NCBI GenBank assembly: GCA_049975265.1 | Contig: JBNGDF010000003.1 | Coordinates: 32,001 to 96,000 of the forward strand | Direction of reading: 5' to 3' | From: Fidelibacterota bacterium | GTDB taxonomy: Bacteria > Fidelibacterota > UBA2242 | DNA length: 64,000 bases | In this document: positions 29,259 through 39,560 of the stretch, in pieces | Layout of the letters: every line of letters starts with the position of its first letter | Position numbering within the stretch: position 1 is the first letter of the stretch | Translations under genes and position numbers: made by a program | Notes under the pieces: generated by a model | Databases searched by the model: none | What the model saw: only the letters and a program-made list of their open reading frames with translations | What the model was told of the DNA's origin: nothing

Positions 29259-30698
29259 TTATATGTCGGGTGTCGGCGTTTCCGCAAAGGTTGCCGGCAG
29301 ACCGGGCGGTATCGGTTCAATGACGCGCATGGATTTCCATTTTCCACCCAGAAAACGCAGGTAGAAACCGATTCCCAGACTGCTTATGTATACCGTAATA
29401 ATGATCCAGCCGATGTAAATACTCTGCTTCCAGACGATCAGAGCGAGGTAGCTGGGGATGATCAGCAGCACTGCCGACAGGATACTCAGCATCCGCATGA
29501 CAAAGCGGGTATCGCCGGCGCCTTTGATCGCCGCCGCAAAGATAATATTCAAAGTATCGAAAAGGGAGTAGATGGCTACAAACCGAATCAGGAGCAGTAC
29601 GATTTTCCGAATCGCCGCCATTTCATCACCTGTGGAACCTGCCATGAAGGGTTTAATAAAGAGTGTCGGGTAACCAAGATAAAGAGCAATCATGACAGAC
29701 ATATAAAGAAAGGTGATGTGAAAACCGCTGTAAGCGCTTTTCTGGGCAAGGTCAGGTCGGTTTTTCCCAAGATATTGCCCTACCATAACTGAAACGGCGA
29801 CTCCGAATCCCATCATCGGCATAAAAGCAAGACTGTTTATGTTAAATGTAATGTTGGTAGCCGCCAGGGCGTCCCGCCCGAGTCTGCCCACGATAAACAG
29901 AAAAACCGTGAACCCGGCGGCATCAATGAAGAACTGAACTCCGTTGGGAAATCCATAGTAGATGAGACGCTTGAGAAGTAAACTATTCCATCGGATTCCG
30001 GAAAGCAGGCAGTAGGTATGGCAGAATGATGGTCGAATAATGATACTCAGGTAAATTATCAATGAAACACAACCCGATAGCAAGGTGGCAATTGCAGCAC
30101 CCCGAATACCCATCTCCGGGAAACCGCCATTTCCGAAAATCAGCAGATAATCGAAGACAATATTCGTCAGAGTGGCGCTGATGTTGATCCACATCAGCGG
30201 CCAGGTTTTACCGCGCCCGCTGAAAAATCCTGAAAAAGCCGAAGAGGCGATCGCCGGGAAAGCCCCCAGACAGAGCACCCGGAAATAGATGATTTCCAAT
30301 TCCCGGATAGCCGGCGCATGCCCGATGAAATTAAAGACAGGTGTTGCCATAGGAATCAGCAGCAGGTGAGTAATCCCGCCGATGATTGCAATATACATAC
30401 CCTGCCAGACGATGGGACCGATGCGCCGGTACTGTTGAGCGCCGAAATACTGAGCGACGAAAGTGCTGATATAGCTGGCTGTCCCGATAAAAAGGGTCAT
30501 TATGGAAAAATTGAAAATCCCTGCCGGCATAGCGGCTGCAATGGATTCCGGTGAATACCATGTCAGAAACATCCGGTCGACAAAATGCTGAATTGACCAG
30601 GCGCTGGTGCTGAGGATGAGAGGAATGGCAATCGTCAGCAACTCACGGTAGCCGGCAACCACGCTGTATCGTTGTTTTATTTTACCTGTTAATGACAT
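29259..30698 (-). CDS. MATE family efflux transporter
   Basis: 12-TM two-repeat pattern; 'IAIPL...FVDRMFL', 'LLIFG..GFPEMGIRGAAIAT', 'GAGDTRF'. Confidence 0.93.
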   Translation of the reverse strand: MSLTGKIKQRYSVVAGYRELLTIAIPLILSTSAWSIQHFVDRMFLTWYSPESIAAAMPAGIFNFSIMTLFIGTASYISTFVAQYFGAQQYRRIGPIVWQGMYIAIIGGITHLLLIPMATPVFNFIGHAPAIRELEIIYFRVLCLGAFPAIASSAFSGFFSGRGKTWPLMWINISATLTNIVFDYLLIFGNGGFPEMGIRGAAIATLLSGCVSLIIYLSIIIRPSFCHTYCLLSGIRWNSLLLKRLIYYGFPNGVQFFIDAAGFTVFLFIVGRLGRDALAATNITFNINSLAFMPMMGFGVAVSVMVGQYLGKNRPDLAQKSAYSGFHITFLYMSVMIALYLGYPTLFIKPFMAGSTGDEMAAIRKIVLLLIRFVAIYSLFDTLNIIFAAAIKGAGDTRFVMRMLSILSAVLLIIPSYLALIVWKQSIYIGWIIITVYISSLGIGFYLRFLGGKWKSMRVIEPIPPGLPATFAETPTPDI

Positions 30699-30840
30699 GT
30701 CGAGCTACTCAAAAAAATGCCCGGAAAATTACAACAGACGCTCGTGAAAAGCCATGGTTAATTTTCCACTTTTTTAGCATTCCCGATTGATTTAAAAGGG
30801 ATTGGATTGTAATTTACACTCCCAATATTTGTGACGACGA

Positions 30841-31887
30841 ATGAACAGTGTTAATAAACAGCAAATCCTGGTATCACTAACGAACTGGATGCAGATCACG
30901 GATGTCATCGAGAAGAAGGATAAGATGATTATCCGGGGATATCTTCTCCCCGGTGAAACTCCGGATCTGGTTCAATCCCGGATCAAACCACTGGTTCCCG
31001 ACCTTCGTTATCAGCGAACCGGCGGAATGGACAGCTTTACCATTTATTTACAAAAGACAGTATTTGGAATTCCCCGAATCAACCTCTTGTTGTTTATAGC
31101 AACAGTCTTTACGACACTGCTGGCTGGGGCACTGATGGAAGGGGTCAATCCGTTGGAGAATCCGGTGGGAATTATACAGGGGATACCCTTTTCAGTGACG
31201 CTACTGCTGATTCTCGGAGTGCATGAAACGGGACATTTTCTGACAGCCCGCAAATATCATGTGGATGCCACATTACCCTATTTTCTGCCGGCACCCACCA
31301 TCATCGGTACCTTTGGTGCGTTTATTAAAATGCGTTCCCCGGTGCGACGTCGCCGGGCGCTGGTGGAAATCGGAGCCGCCGGTCCGATTGCCGGATTTAT
31401 TGTGGCGGTACCCGCCCTGTTTATCGGGCTGTCGCTCTCGTCGGTAGCGCCGGCTTCAGCCCAGGCAAGCGTGCAGCTGGGTGAATCCATTATCATGAAA
31501 ATCGCCACCGGCATTGTCTACCCGGGGCTCCCCGATCATGCGGATATTATGCTGCATCCCGTCGGGTTTGCCGCCTGGATCGGGATGCTGGTGACCATGC
31601 TGAACCTGCTACCCATCGGGCAACTGGACGGTGGGCACATCGCCTACGCCTTGCTGGCAAAATGGTATTCTAAAATTGCCTGGGGTGCGCTCGTGGCGAT
31701 TCTGCTTTTGAGTCTGCTGTCTCCAAACTGGCTCATCTGGGCGGTGCTGGTCTATTTCCTGACCCGGATGAAACATCCGCCGATTATGGATGAGTCCGAA
31801 CCGGTTACCCGGCGTGAAAAATGGATCGGGATTACCGCGGGAATCATTTTTATCCTTACGTTTATTCCGGTACCCTTCAAATTTTAG
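30841..31887 (+). CDS. Site-2 protease (M50) family membrane metalloprotease
   Basis: 'HETGH', 'GTFGAFI', 'AAGPIAG', 'NLLPIGQLDGGHI'. Confidence 0.93.
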   Translation: MNSVNKQQILVSLTNWMQITDVIEKKDKMIIRGYLLPGETPDLVQSRIKPLVPDLRYQRTGGMDSFTIYLQKTVFGIPRINLLLFIATVFTTLLAGALMEGVNPLENPVGIIQGIPFSVTLLLILGVHETGHFLTARKYHVDATLPYFLPAPTIIGTFGAFIKMRSPVRRRRALVEIGAAGPIAGFIVAVPALFIGLSLSSVAPASAQASVQLGESIIMKIATGIVYPGLPDHADIMLHPVGFAAWIGMLVTMLNLLPIGQLDGGHIAYALLAKWYSKIAWGALVAILLLSLLSPNWLIWAVLVYFLTRMKHPPIMDESEPVTRREKWIGITAGIIFILTFIPVPFKF

Positions 31888-31896
31888 TCTTCAAGT

Positions 31897-32955
31897 ATGA
31901 AATCAAAAACAGTGTGTATTAAAAAATTCTTCAGTGACATCAATGAGAGTCAATATCTCTCCATTGTCATCGTCCTGCTGGCTATTCTCTATACGCTGCG
32001 TCTCTCGATTATTTATACTCCGGTGATGATTCCCGATAATAAAGTGAAAATATCCATCAGCCGGGGCTCGAATCTCAGCGAGATTGCCGATCAGCTGAAG
32101 GAGCACGGAATTATTCGTAACCAAAAATCCTTCGTATTGGCTGCCCACCTCATGCTGAAAAACCGAGCGCTGAAAGCCGGTTTCTTTAATCTTCAGAATG
32201 TTCATAATTACCGATCCCTGCTGAAAACCCTTTCAACTTCCCAAAACCATGCCGTCAAGATCACAATTCCCGAGGGATATCACACCCGGCAGATCGCCGC
32301 TTTGCTGGCGCAGCAGCTCAATTTTGAGGCGGAGGATTTTCTGAAATTAATCACTGATGTGACGGTTCTTGAGGAGCTGCAGATTGAATCGCCGTCTCTG
32401 GAGGGATATCTTTTTCCTGAGACCTACTATTTCAATGATTCCGACCAGCCAATCGATGTGATTCGGCGGATGGTAGCGCTGTTTCATGAGATGGTAGACG
32501 ATTCCATCCGGCAGGCGATTCAGACGTCCGGTCGGACATTACATGAGGTTTTGACGCTGGCGTCGATCGTAGAGGGGGAGTGCATGGTGGACAGCGAACG
32601 CCCGCTGGTAGCGTCGGTATATGTAAACCGTTTGAAAAAGCGAATGCGGCTGGAATCGGACCCCACGATACAGTATATTATTCCCGATGGTCCCCGGCGT
32701 TTGCTGAAAGAGGATCTGAAAATTAAGTCACCGTATAATACATATCGCAACTGGGGCTTACCGCCGGGTCCGATCAACAATCCCGGGATAGCGTCGATCA
32801 GAGCTGCCACCTGGCCGGCTGAAACCGGTTATCTTTATATGGTGGCTGTGGGCGATGGGACCCATTCATTTCATGATAATTACAACAGTTTCCTGAGAGC
32901 CAAGCGGCGCTTTCAGCGGGTCCGCCGGGAGGTTGCCCAAAATATGAAAAATTAG
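31897..32955 (+). CDS. mltG: Endolytic murein transglycosylase MltG
   Basis: 'TIPEG', 'LEGYLFPETY', 'LASIVEGE', 'L.SDPT', 'SPYNTY...GLPPGPINNPG'. Confidence 0.95.
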   Translation: MKSKTVCIKKFFSDINESQYLSIVIVLLAILYTLRLSIIYTPVMIPDNKVKISISRGSNLSEIADQLKEHGIIRNQKSFVLAAHLMLKNRALKAGFFNLQNVHNYRSLLKTLSTSQNHAVKITIPEGYHTRQIAALLAQQLNFEAEDFLKLITDVTVLEELQIESPSLEGYLFPETYYFNDSDQPIDVIRRMVALFHEMVDDSIRQAIQTSGRTLHEVLTLASIVEGECMVDSERPLVASVYVNRLKKRMRLESDPTIQYIIPDGPRRLLKEDLKIKSPYNTYRNWGLPPGPINNPGIASIRAATWPAETGYLYMVAVGDGTHSFHDNYNSFLRAKRRFQRVRREVAQNMKN

Positions 32956-32959
32956 AAAG

Positions 32960-35125
32960 TTGACTTTGAATCCTTTAGATGGTCTGAATTCTCAGCAGCA
33001 GGCAGCTGTGGCGTATTGTGACGGACCGCAGTTGATCTTTGCCGGTGCCGGTAGTGGCAAAACCAAAGTTCTGACCCATAAAATTGCCTATATCATTGAA
33101 TCCGGACGAGTTGCGCCGCAATCCATCCTGGCGGTTACCTTTACCAATAAAGCCGCCCGGGAGCTGCAGGCGCGGATAACGCAATTTGTCGGTCGGAAAT
33201 CGGCACTGGTTACGGTGGGCACGTTTCATTCGATTTGTGTCCGGATACTGCGCCGGGAGATTGAAAATCTCGATGGCTACACCCGCTACTTTTCGATTTA
33301 CGATGAGACGGATCAGCAGAAGGTGGTAAGAAAGATTATCAGCGACACCGATTTCGACCTGGAAGGTTACACTCCCCGGAATATTTTAGGGCGCATTTCC
33401 TACTTGAAAAACTGGCAGACCGGTCCCGAGGCATTTAAACCGCGCCAGGATAACCGGTTGGATTTGATTGTCAAAGCCTTCTATCCGCTCTATCAGAAAG
33501 CCCTGGTCCAGTCAAATGCGGTGGATTTTGATGACCTGCTGCTGCTGCCGCTGCGAATTTTTCGTGAATTTCCGGAGACGCGGGATAAATACCGCTTGAA
33601 GTACCAGTACATTCTGGTGGATGAATATCAGGATACCAACAAACCGCAATTTGATCTGATCAATCTTTTAGCAAGAGAACATCGTAATGTCTGTGTCGTC
33701 GGAGATGATGACCAGAGTATCTACAGCTGGCGGGGCGCCAACGTAGAAAATATCCTGAAATTTGATTCCCTCTATCCCGACTGCCGGATTTTCAAACTGG
33801 AGCAGAATTACCGCTCTACCAATAATATTCTGAATGCCGCCACCGCCGTGGTGGTTCATAACATCAATCGGGCTCAAAAGACACTCTGGTCGCAGAAACC
33901 CACCGGTGATCGGCTGATTAAAATTGAAGCGGACAGTGATTACGATGAAGCTGCCGGAATCGCTGCACACATTCAAAAAGAGATTATTAAAAACAAGCGG
34001 GTGTTTAAAGATTTTGCCATTCTCTATCGCACCAATGCCCAGACCCGCGTTCTCGAGGAAATTTTGCGTCGCAATAATATTCCGTACAACATCGTCGGCG
34101 GTACCAAATTTTATGAGCGGAAAGAGGTCAGGGATATTCTGGCATATTTTAGCATTTTCTCAAATCCCCGGGATGAGATAGGTCTGCGACGGATTCTGAA
34201 TTTTCCTCCCAGGGGAATCGGCGAAAAAACCGTGCAATTATTTAATGATTTTGCGCAAAGAAAAGGAATTACCCTGTTCGACGCATTGGCGTATCTGGAG
34301 CTGATCGACCTGTCCACTCGCGCTACAAATGCCATAGGGGGATTTCTGGATATGCTGGCGCGCATCCGGGGAGCACGTGATCAATTGGGCTTTGAGGAGT
34401 GGTCGCGGGTCGTCATTGACGAGATCGGTTTACGGAAATATTACAAAGAACAGGGCGGTGAGGAAGCGATTCAGCGCCTGGCAAATATTGATGAGTTGCT
34501 GAGTGATATTTCCGAATACTGCCATACCACGGAGGACGCCAATCTGGAAGATTATCTCGAGCGGGTCTCGCTGATTACCGATATCGATACCTGGGAGGAT
34601 CAGAAAAATGCGGTTTCGTTAATGACCTTGCACAGCGCCAAAGGACTGGAATTTCCGGTGGTTTTTATATGCGGATTGAATCAGGGACTCTTTCCGCTGG
34701 AGCGAGATACCAGTGATAAGGCACTTGAAGAGGAGCGTCGGCTGTTTTATGTGGGGTTAACCCGGGCGATGGATAAAGTGTTCCTGACGACGGCTCAGCG
34801 ACGCAGCCGCGCCGGTGAAACCGAGTATCTCCCGGAATCCCGGTTTTTCAGCGAAATTCCGCCGGAGGTGCTGGAAACGGCTTTTAGGCACGAGGGTGTT
34901 ATATCGGCGTCACGGCAACCGCATGCGCGACGCGGCAGACGGCAGGATTCAGCAATCCGGGAAAACGACTCTGAAATCTCGCCCGGCAGCCGGGTATCCC
35001 ATAAAATTTTTGGTGTCGGGCAAGTCGTAAGTGTCAACGGTAGCGGCGGACAGGCAAAACTGCGGATTAGTTTTCGCAGCTGCGGTGTAAAGACCATTGT
35101 AGCAAGATTTGTCACCAGGATTTAG
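32960..35125 (+). CDS. uvrD: UvrD/PcrA ATP-dependent DNA helicase
   Basis: 'AGAGSGKT', 'TFTNKAA', 'VDEYQDTN', 'LEQNYRST', 'MTLHSAKGLEF', 'EEERRLFYVGLTRA'; C-terminal Tudor-like 'RVSHKIFGVG'. Confidence 0.96.
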   Translation: MTLNPLDGLNSQQQAAVAYCDGPQLIFAGAGSGKTKVLTHKIAYIIESGRVAPQSILAVTFTNKAARELQARITQFVGRKSALVTVGTFHSICVRILRREIENLDGYTRYFSIYDETDQQKVVRKIISDTDFDLEGYTPRNILGRISYLKNWQTGPEAFKPRQDNRLDLIVKAFYPLYQKALVQSNAVDFDDLLLLPLRIFREFPETRDKYRLKYQYILVDEYQDTNKPQFDLINLLAREHRNVCVVGDDDQSIYSWRGANVENILKFDSLYPDCRIFKLEQNYRSTNNILNAATAVVVHNINRAQKTLWSQKPTGDRLIKIEADSDYDEAAGIAAHIQKEIIKNKRVFKDFAILYRTNAQTRVLEEILRRNNIPYNIVGGTKFYERKEVRDILAYFSIFSNPRDEIGLRRILNFPPRGIGEKTVQLFNDFAQRKGITLFDALAYLELIDLSTRATNAIGGFLDMLARIRGARDQLGFEEWSRVVIDEIGLRKYYKEQGGEEAIQRLANIDELLSDISEYCHTTEDANLEDYLERVSLITDIDTWEDQKNAVSLMTLHSAKGLEFPVVFICGLNQGLFPLERDTSDKALEEERRLFYVGLTRAMDKVFLTTAQRRSRAGETEYLPESRFFSEIPPEVLETAFRHEGVISASRQPHARRGRRQDSAIRENDSEISPGSRVSHKIFGVGQVVSVNGSGGQAKLRISFRSCGVKTIVARFVTRI

Positions 35126-35181
35126 AAATTGCTACAATATTCGGTATCTTACAATGTAAGATCAATCAACATGAACGGTGA

Positions 35182-36420
35182 TCAGAGTCTTTCCGGATCG
35201 CTCTCGAAACCGGTCTGATTGATGTCTCTGATCTGACCGGTTTCTCCGTCAATCTCAAAGACTTTCCAGTAGTTACCGGGAGTGCCGGGCGGCATATGGT
35301 ACTCTTTCAATAACTGGTCGCCGTTGTATATTTTAACGGTAACGTTGCCTCTGGAAAGATCGTCGCCGTTGGTTTTATGGCGCCCGCTATAGTTGTGGAC
35401 CGTGTAGCGATAGGCACCGGGATCGAGCCCGTAGATAGTAATGGTCTCCGGTCCGAAGAAGGATGTGTCGTCGCGGTCAAGAAATTTTTTGCCTTTAATT
35501 AGAGTGCGTCGGTTCCAGTAGATGTGGAAATCCTCATGACCGGGATGCGGACCACGCAGATGAGCGTCGACGTCGACAGGATACCGTCCCCACGTCAACA
35601 CAATCCTGTAATCCTGCGGCGGAATAATTTTTGTCAATACGGCATGGACGGTGCTTGGAAAATCCAGCAAGACATCAACATCAAAACGATCAGAGATGTA
35701 CTGCTTTTTACCGATGTAAACCGTATAGCGTCCGTGATCCACCGGCACAACAAACTGACCGTCGGTGTCACTGATGGCACGTCCTACGGTTTCCTTGGTG
35801 TCCCGGTTTTTGACAATGACCAGAGCGTTATCTAGAGCGTCCCCGGTAACGGCATCGATCACACTGCCGTAAATCGCCCGCAGCCGGGGATAGGTTCTGT
35901 TTACTTCGGTGACGGTTCGGCTGCTGCCATCAATCTCAGCCGCCAGCCAGACGATTCCCTGTGCATCGGGCTGAATCCTGATGGACTCCACCATATGATC
36001 GTTTTCGTAAAAACTGACGCAGGCATTTGAGTTGACGAAAACATCTTCAGCAGTACCAAACAGATCATTCTCACCGAAGCTTTCTTCGATAAACTTATTC
36101 TTTATCAAAATCTGGTATGTACCTGATATAAAGCGTGTTATAGTAAATTCTTCTTTGCCGATTTCGGGGTCATCGGTGACGTCTCCGCTGGCGGTTGCCG
36201 AGCCATCGGGCGTTTCGCCGGGGATGCTGCCTGTGAGAATATACCCGACGCCACTCTGGATATTGGGCACCACCAATGCCGCTTCCAGTTCAGAACCGAA
36301 AGCCGACCAGGTGACCACAATGCGGTAATCGTCAACCGGTTGCCGGGCGAAGGTTGCCGAATTCAATACAGACAGGAATGCAATCATGCCAATCAAACCG
36401 TAAGGTGATCTGTTCTTCAT
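35182..36420 (-). CDS. Secreted protein with two YfaP/DUF2135-like domains flanking a carboxypeptidase-regulatory-like domain
   Basis: Signal peptide; repeated 'YRIVVTW' / 'YRIVLTWG..PVDVDAHL...LDRDD...GPETITI...GAY.YTVHNYS'; central 'IYGSVIDAVTG..LDNALV...SDTDGQF'. Confidence 0.75.
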   Translation of the reverse strand: MKNRSPYGLIGMIAFLSVLNSATFARQPVDDYRIVVTWSAFGSELEAALVVPNIQSGVGYILTGSIPGETPDGSATASGDVTDDPEIGKEEFTITRFISGTYQILIKNKFIEESFGENDLFGTAEDVFVNSNACVSFYENDHMVESIRIQPDAQGIVWLAAEIDGSSRTVTEVNRTYPRLRAIYGSVIDAVTGDALDNALVIVKNRDTKETVGRAISDTDGQFVVPVDHGRYTVYIGKKQYISDRFDVDVLLDFPSTVHAVLTKIIPPQDYRIVLTWGRYPVDVDAHLRGPHPGHEDFHIYWNRRTLIKGKKFLDRDDTSFFGPETITIYGLDPGAYRYTVHNYSGRHKTNGDDLSRGNVTVKIYNGDQLLKEYHMPPGTPGNYWKVFEIDGETGQIRDINQTGFESDPERL

Positions 36421-36540
36421 GCTAAATTCCTTTTTAAATAAGCATACCATTTAGATGAGCATCTCCGGACAAGGTTGTCGGATGAGCCGGGTTGTTGCCA
36501 CCGCTTTGTGATTAAAGACATTTCCTGGCTTTCCACGGCA

Positions 36541-36987
36541 TCAATCTACCAAAGCCCACTCCTGGCGGGAACGGATAAACTGCCGTGCCAGCCGGTCGCA
36601 CATTTCATTGTATTTGTCTCCCGAATGTCCGGCAATGTAATGCCAGCTGATGCGGCGGTGATTCAATGAATCCAGACGCTCCCACAAATCCCGGTTTTTC
36701 ACTGGCTTTTTCGAGGCGGTTTTCCAGTTTTTACGCTTCCAGTTCGGTAACCACTCGGTAATTCCTTTACGGACGTATTCGCTGTCGGTATAAATAACGG
36801 CGTCTTCATCGGACCGTAGATATTTCAGGGCTTCGATGACTGCCGTTAGCTCCATTCGATTATTGGTGGTGTTTGTCTGAAAGCCGCCCCATTTCCGCAC
36901 CGGCTGATTGTTTTCCAGCAGAACCACTGCCCAGCCGCCCGGTCCGGGGTTTCCGGAGCAGGCGCCGTCAGTATAGAATATTTTCAT
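36541..36987 (-). CDS. rnhA: Ribonuclease HI
   Basis: 'YTDGACSGNPGPGGW', 'TTNNRMEL', 'TDSEYV', 'VKNRDLW', 'GHSG..YNEMCD'. Confidence 0.97.
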   Translation of the reverse strand: MKIFYTDGACSGNPGPGGWAVVLLENNQPVRKWGGFQTNTTNNRMELTAVIEALKYLRSDEDAVIYTDSEYVRKGITEWLPNWKRKNWKTASKKPVKNRDLWERLDSLNHRRISWHYIAGHSGDKYNEMCDRLARQFIRSRQEWALVD

Positions 36988-37011
36988 ACAGATATCTCGC
37001 AATCATCATGA

Positions 37012-38742
37012 TTACAGTTTCTCGATTTTGGACAGAACACCGTTCTTAAAATAGAAAAACATCTCCTTTGCATCGGCGGTTTGATAAATCCACAATTCGT
37101 ATGTCTGGTTGCCGCTGGTTTCCAGCGATTTGGTATACGCCGGTTGCCCTAATTCCGCTTTGATCTGATCGCGCGTCATTCCAATTCGGGGAGAGAAGCC
37201 GTCTGGCAGCGGTATTTGCCGGGATTCAGCGACGACATTTTGCAGTTTTTCGATCGCCGCCTGCTCTTTGAGATATTGGATGCCCTGTTCGAGGGTTTTG
37301 ATATGTTCGCGGGTCAGAAAAAGGATTTCCGGGCGGATTTCGGTTGCCTGACGCAGCGATTCCAGCGCCAGTTCGATGCTCTGGTGATCCACCGACAGAT
37401 TGGCATCCTGAATATAACCGTAGGCAATCTTTGTGAGGAATGGCTCGACCCGGTCACGGATCGCCGGATTGTGTTGAATGGCGAGGTCGAAGAAGTAGAG
37501 CGCTTTATCCCAGATCTGATAGTCGCAGAACACCACTCCGCGATAAAAGTAGATTTCACTGAGATAGAGTACTTTCAGGTCTTCGGTATGGGGGAGTTTA
37601 AGTGACTCCGTTTTTTTTAAAAATTCCTCGGCTTCGGTAATGGCATTTGAGAGAATGAGTGAATCCAGTGTCGCCTGCCACCAGCTGCCGATTTCCTGAT
37701 AACTGCTATCGATTCTGGTCAGCAGCATGTCATCCACGGATTTGCTTGCCATTTCCAGATAACGGGCTGCTTTGGAAAAGTCTTTGACCTCTATGAAATG
37801 ATCCGCCAGTTCGGCGTACTGATAGACCACCAGTGCATCGCATTTGTCGATCATCCATTGGGCTTTGAACAGGCGGGGGTGGGTAGGTTCATTTTTGATA
37901 AAATCCCTGAAATTGGCTTTTGCAGCGATGTAATCGCCCTTTTTGAACAGCGCTTTGGCGATATCACCTTGGGTCTGGTTTCCGCCGCTGATCATACTGA
38001 AGGTCAGCGAGATGCCGAAGCTGCTGAAATCGATATTCTTGATCGGACTGAGATTATGGTGGTCTTTCAAATCATCAAACCGGGCAAGCTGATACTGAAA
38101 TTCAATGCCGTATACCTCTTTGAAGGTAAAGTCGATTTTCGTCAGCAGTTTCAGACCTGCCGTTACCGAAAAGGTCCAGCCTTGCTGCGTCAGAAAACGC
38201 TCTCCCGCCCGTGTCCGGTACGCCGACGTAAAAGCCCGACCGGCATTGAATTGCAGATAGTTAGAAAAATGTTTTGACCACTGAAATGCCAAAGACTGGT
38301 TGATGTTTGCCTCAATCAGGCGGGGCGCAAAATAGAGCTGCTCATTGGTGCCCGGTGCATATTGCGACCAGGCTTCCGGCAGACCCTGGTTGATGAGAGA
38401 CGATTTGTATTTAAATCCCAGTCCGGTCTGGAAATCCATGAAATTTTGTGGGATCAGCAGACCGAGGAGATTGGTTTTTGCCAGTTCTACTTCAAGATTG
38501 TGAAGGTAGCGATTGAGGAGCTGGTCAAAACCTTCCAGTTCAGTTTCGGTGGAATCAAAACGGAGTGCATCGGCGCCCAGCAGCTGACCACCGGCTTTCA
38601 GTTCAAAGGGAGTGATGCCGAAAGGTTTGCGGTATTCGATGGGATTTTGAAAGAAATCGGCGATTTTATAGACAAGATTTTGAGGGTATAGCTGTACGGT
38701 ACATATCACGATCAGCCAAAATATCAGGTGCCGGATTCTCAT
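37012..38742 (-). CDS. Secreted hypothetical protein: beta-rich N-terminal half, TPR middle, small alpha/beta C-terminal domain
   Basis: Signal peptide; alternating-pattern strands; TPR 'AKALFKKGDYIAAK..F..FI..EP'; C-terminal 'IGMTRDQI..ELGQP...ELWIY...FYFKNGVL'. Confidence 0.75.
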   Translation of the reverse strand: MRIRHLIFWLIVICTVQLYPQNLVYKIADFFQNPIEYRKPFGITPFELKAGGQLLGADALRFDSTETELEGFDQLLNRYLHNLEVELAKTNLLGLLIPQNFMDFQTGLGFKYKSSLINQGLPEAWSQYAPGTNEQLYFAPRLIEANINQSLAFQWSKHFSNYLQFNAGRAFTSAYRTRAGERFLTQQGWTFSVTAGLKLLTKIDFTFKEVYGIEFQYQLARFDDLKDHHNLSPIKNIDFSSFGISLTFSMISGGNQTQGDIAKALFKKGDYIAAKANFRDFIKNEPTHPRLFKAQWMIDKCDALVVYQYAELADHFIEVKDFSKAARYLEMASKSVDDMLLTRIDSSYQEIGSWWQATLDSLILSNAITEAEEFLKKTESLKLPHTEDLKVLYLSEIYFYRGVVFCDYQIWDKALYFFDLAIQHNPAIRDRVEPFLTKIAYGYIQDANLSVDHQSIELALESLRQATEIRPEILFLTREHIKTLEQGIQYLKEQAAIEKLQNVVAESRQIPLPDGFSPRIGMTRDQIKAELGQPAYTKSLETSGNQTYELWIYQTADAKEMFFYFKNGVLSKIEKL

Positions 38743-38867
38743 TGCTTAAAAATAAATAGTTCCGGGGTGAAAAGTAAGCAAAAATTACACTGAAATTGCG
38801 TATATTAGCTCCCGGCTGCTTGAATATCGATCATGAAACAAAGCACTTTATCACTTGTATAAAGACC

Positions 38868-39560
38868 ATGTATGCTAGACGATTCAAAGCGTTTTACCTG
38901 CTAATCAGCACTCTTTTATTTGGTGTAATGATGACAGGCAATCCAGCCGGTGCCGACAGCCGCCTGGGGAAATTTTTTATTGCCCGTCTGAAATATGACG
39001 GGGGTGGTGACTGGTACTGCGATCCGAGTTCGCTGCCCAATCTGCTGGATTTTGTCAGTCGCAATACACCGGTTGTAACCGATCTGAAGGAATACCGGGT
39101 TTCCGTCATGGACAAAGAATTTTTTTCCTATCCCTACCTCTATGTCAGCGGGCATGGTAATATCCGCTTTTCCAATGAGGAGATTTTGCGGTTACGACAG
39201 TATTTTGATGCTGGTGGATTTATGCATGCCGACGATAATTATGGAATGGATAAGTCTTTCCGGCGGGAGCTGAAGCGAATATTTCCCGAAAATGATCTGG
39301 TGGAACTGCCTTTTGATCACCCCATATACCACTGTTTTTACGAATTCCCGGGTGGATTGCCGAAAATTCATGAGCATGACAACAAACCGGCTCAGGGATT
39401 TGGGGTCTTTCACCATAATCGACTGGTCGTGTTTTACAGCTATGAGACTGATCTGGGCGATGGTTGGGAAGACCCGGAAGTTCACAACGATCCGCCGGAA
39501 AAACATGACGCCGCCCTGAAAATGGGTGCCAACATTATCATCTATTCTCTGACTCAATGA
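38868..39560 (+). CDS. DUF4159 domain protein
   Basis: 'ARLKY.GGGDWY.DPSSL.NL', 'YPYLY.SGHG', 'GGF.HADDNYG', 'PKIHEHD', 'DLGDGWED'. Confidence 0.88.
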   Translation: MYARRFKAFYLLISTLLFGVMMTGNPAGADSRLGKFFIARLKYDGGGDWYCDPSSLPNLLDFVSRNTPVVTDLKEYRVSVMDKEFFSYPYLYVSGHGNIRFSNEEILRLRQYFDAGGFMHADDNYGMDKSFRRELKRIFPENDLVELPFDHPIYHCFYEFPGGLPKIHEHDNKPAQGFGVFHHNRLVVFYSYETDLGDGWEDPEVHNDPPEKHDAALKMGANIIIYSLTQ

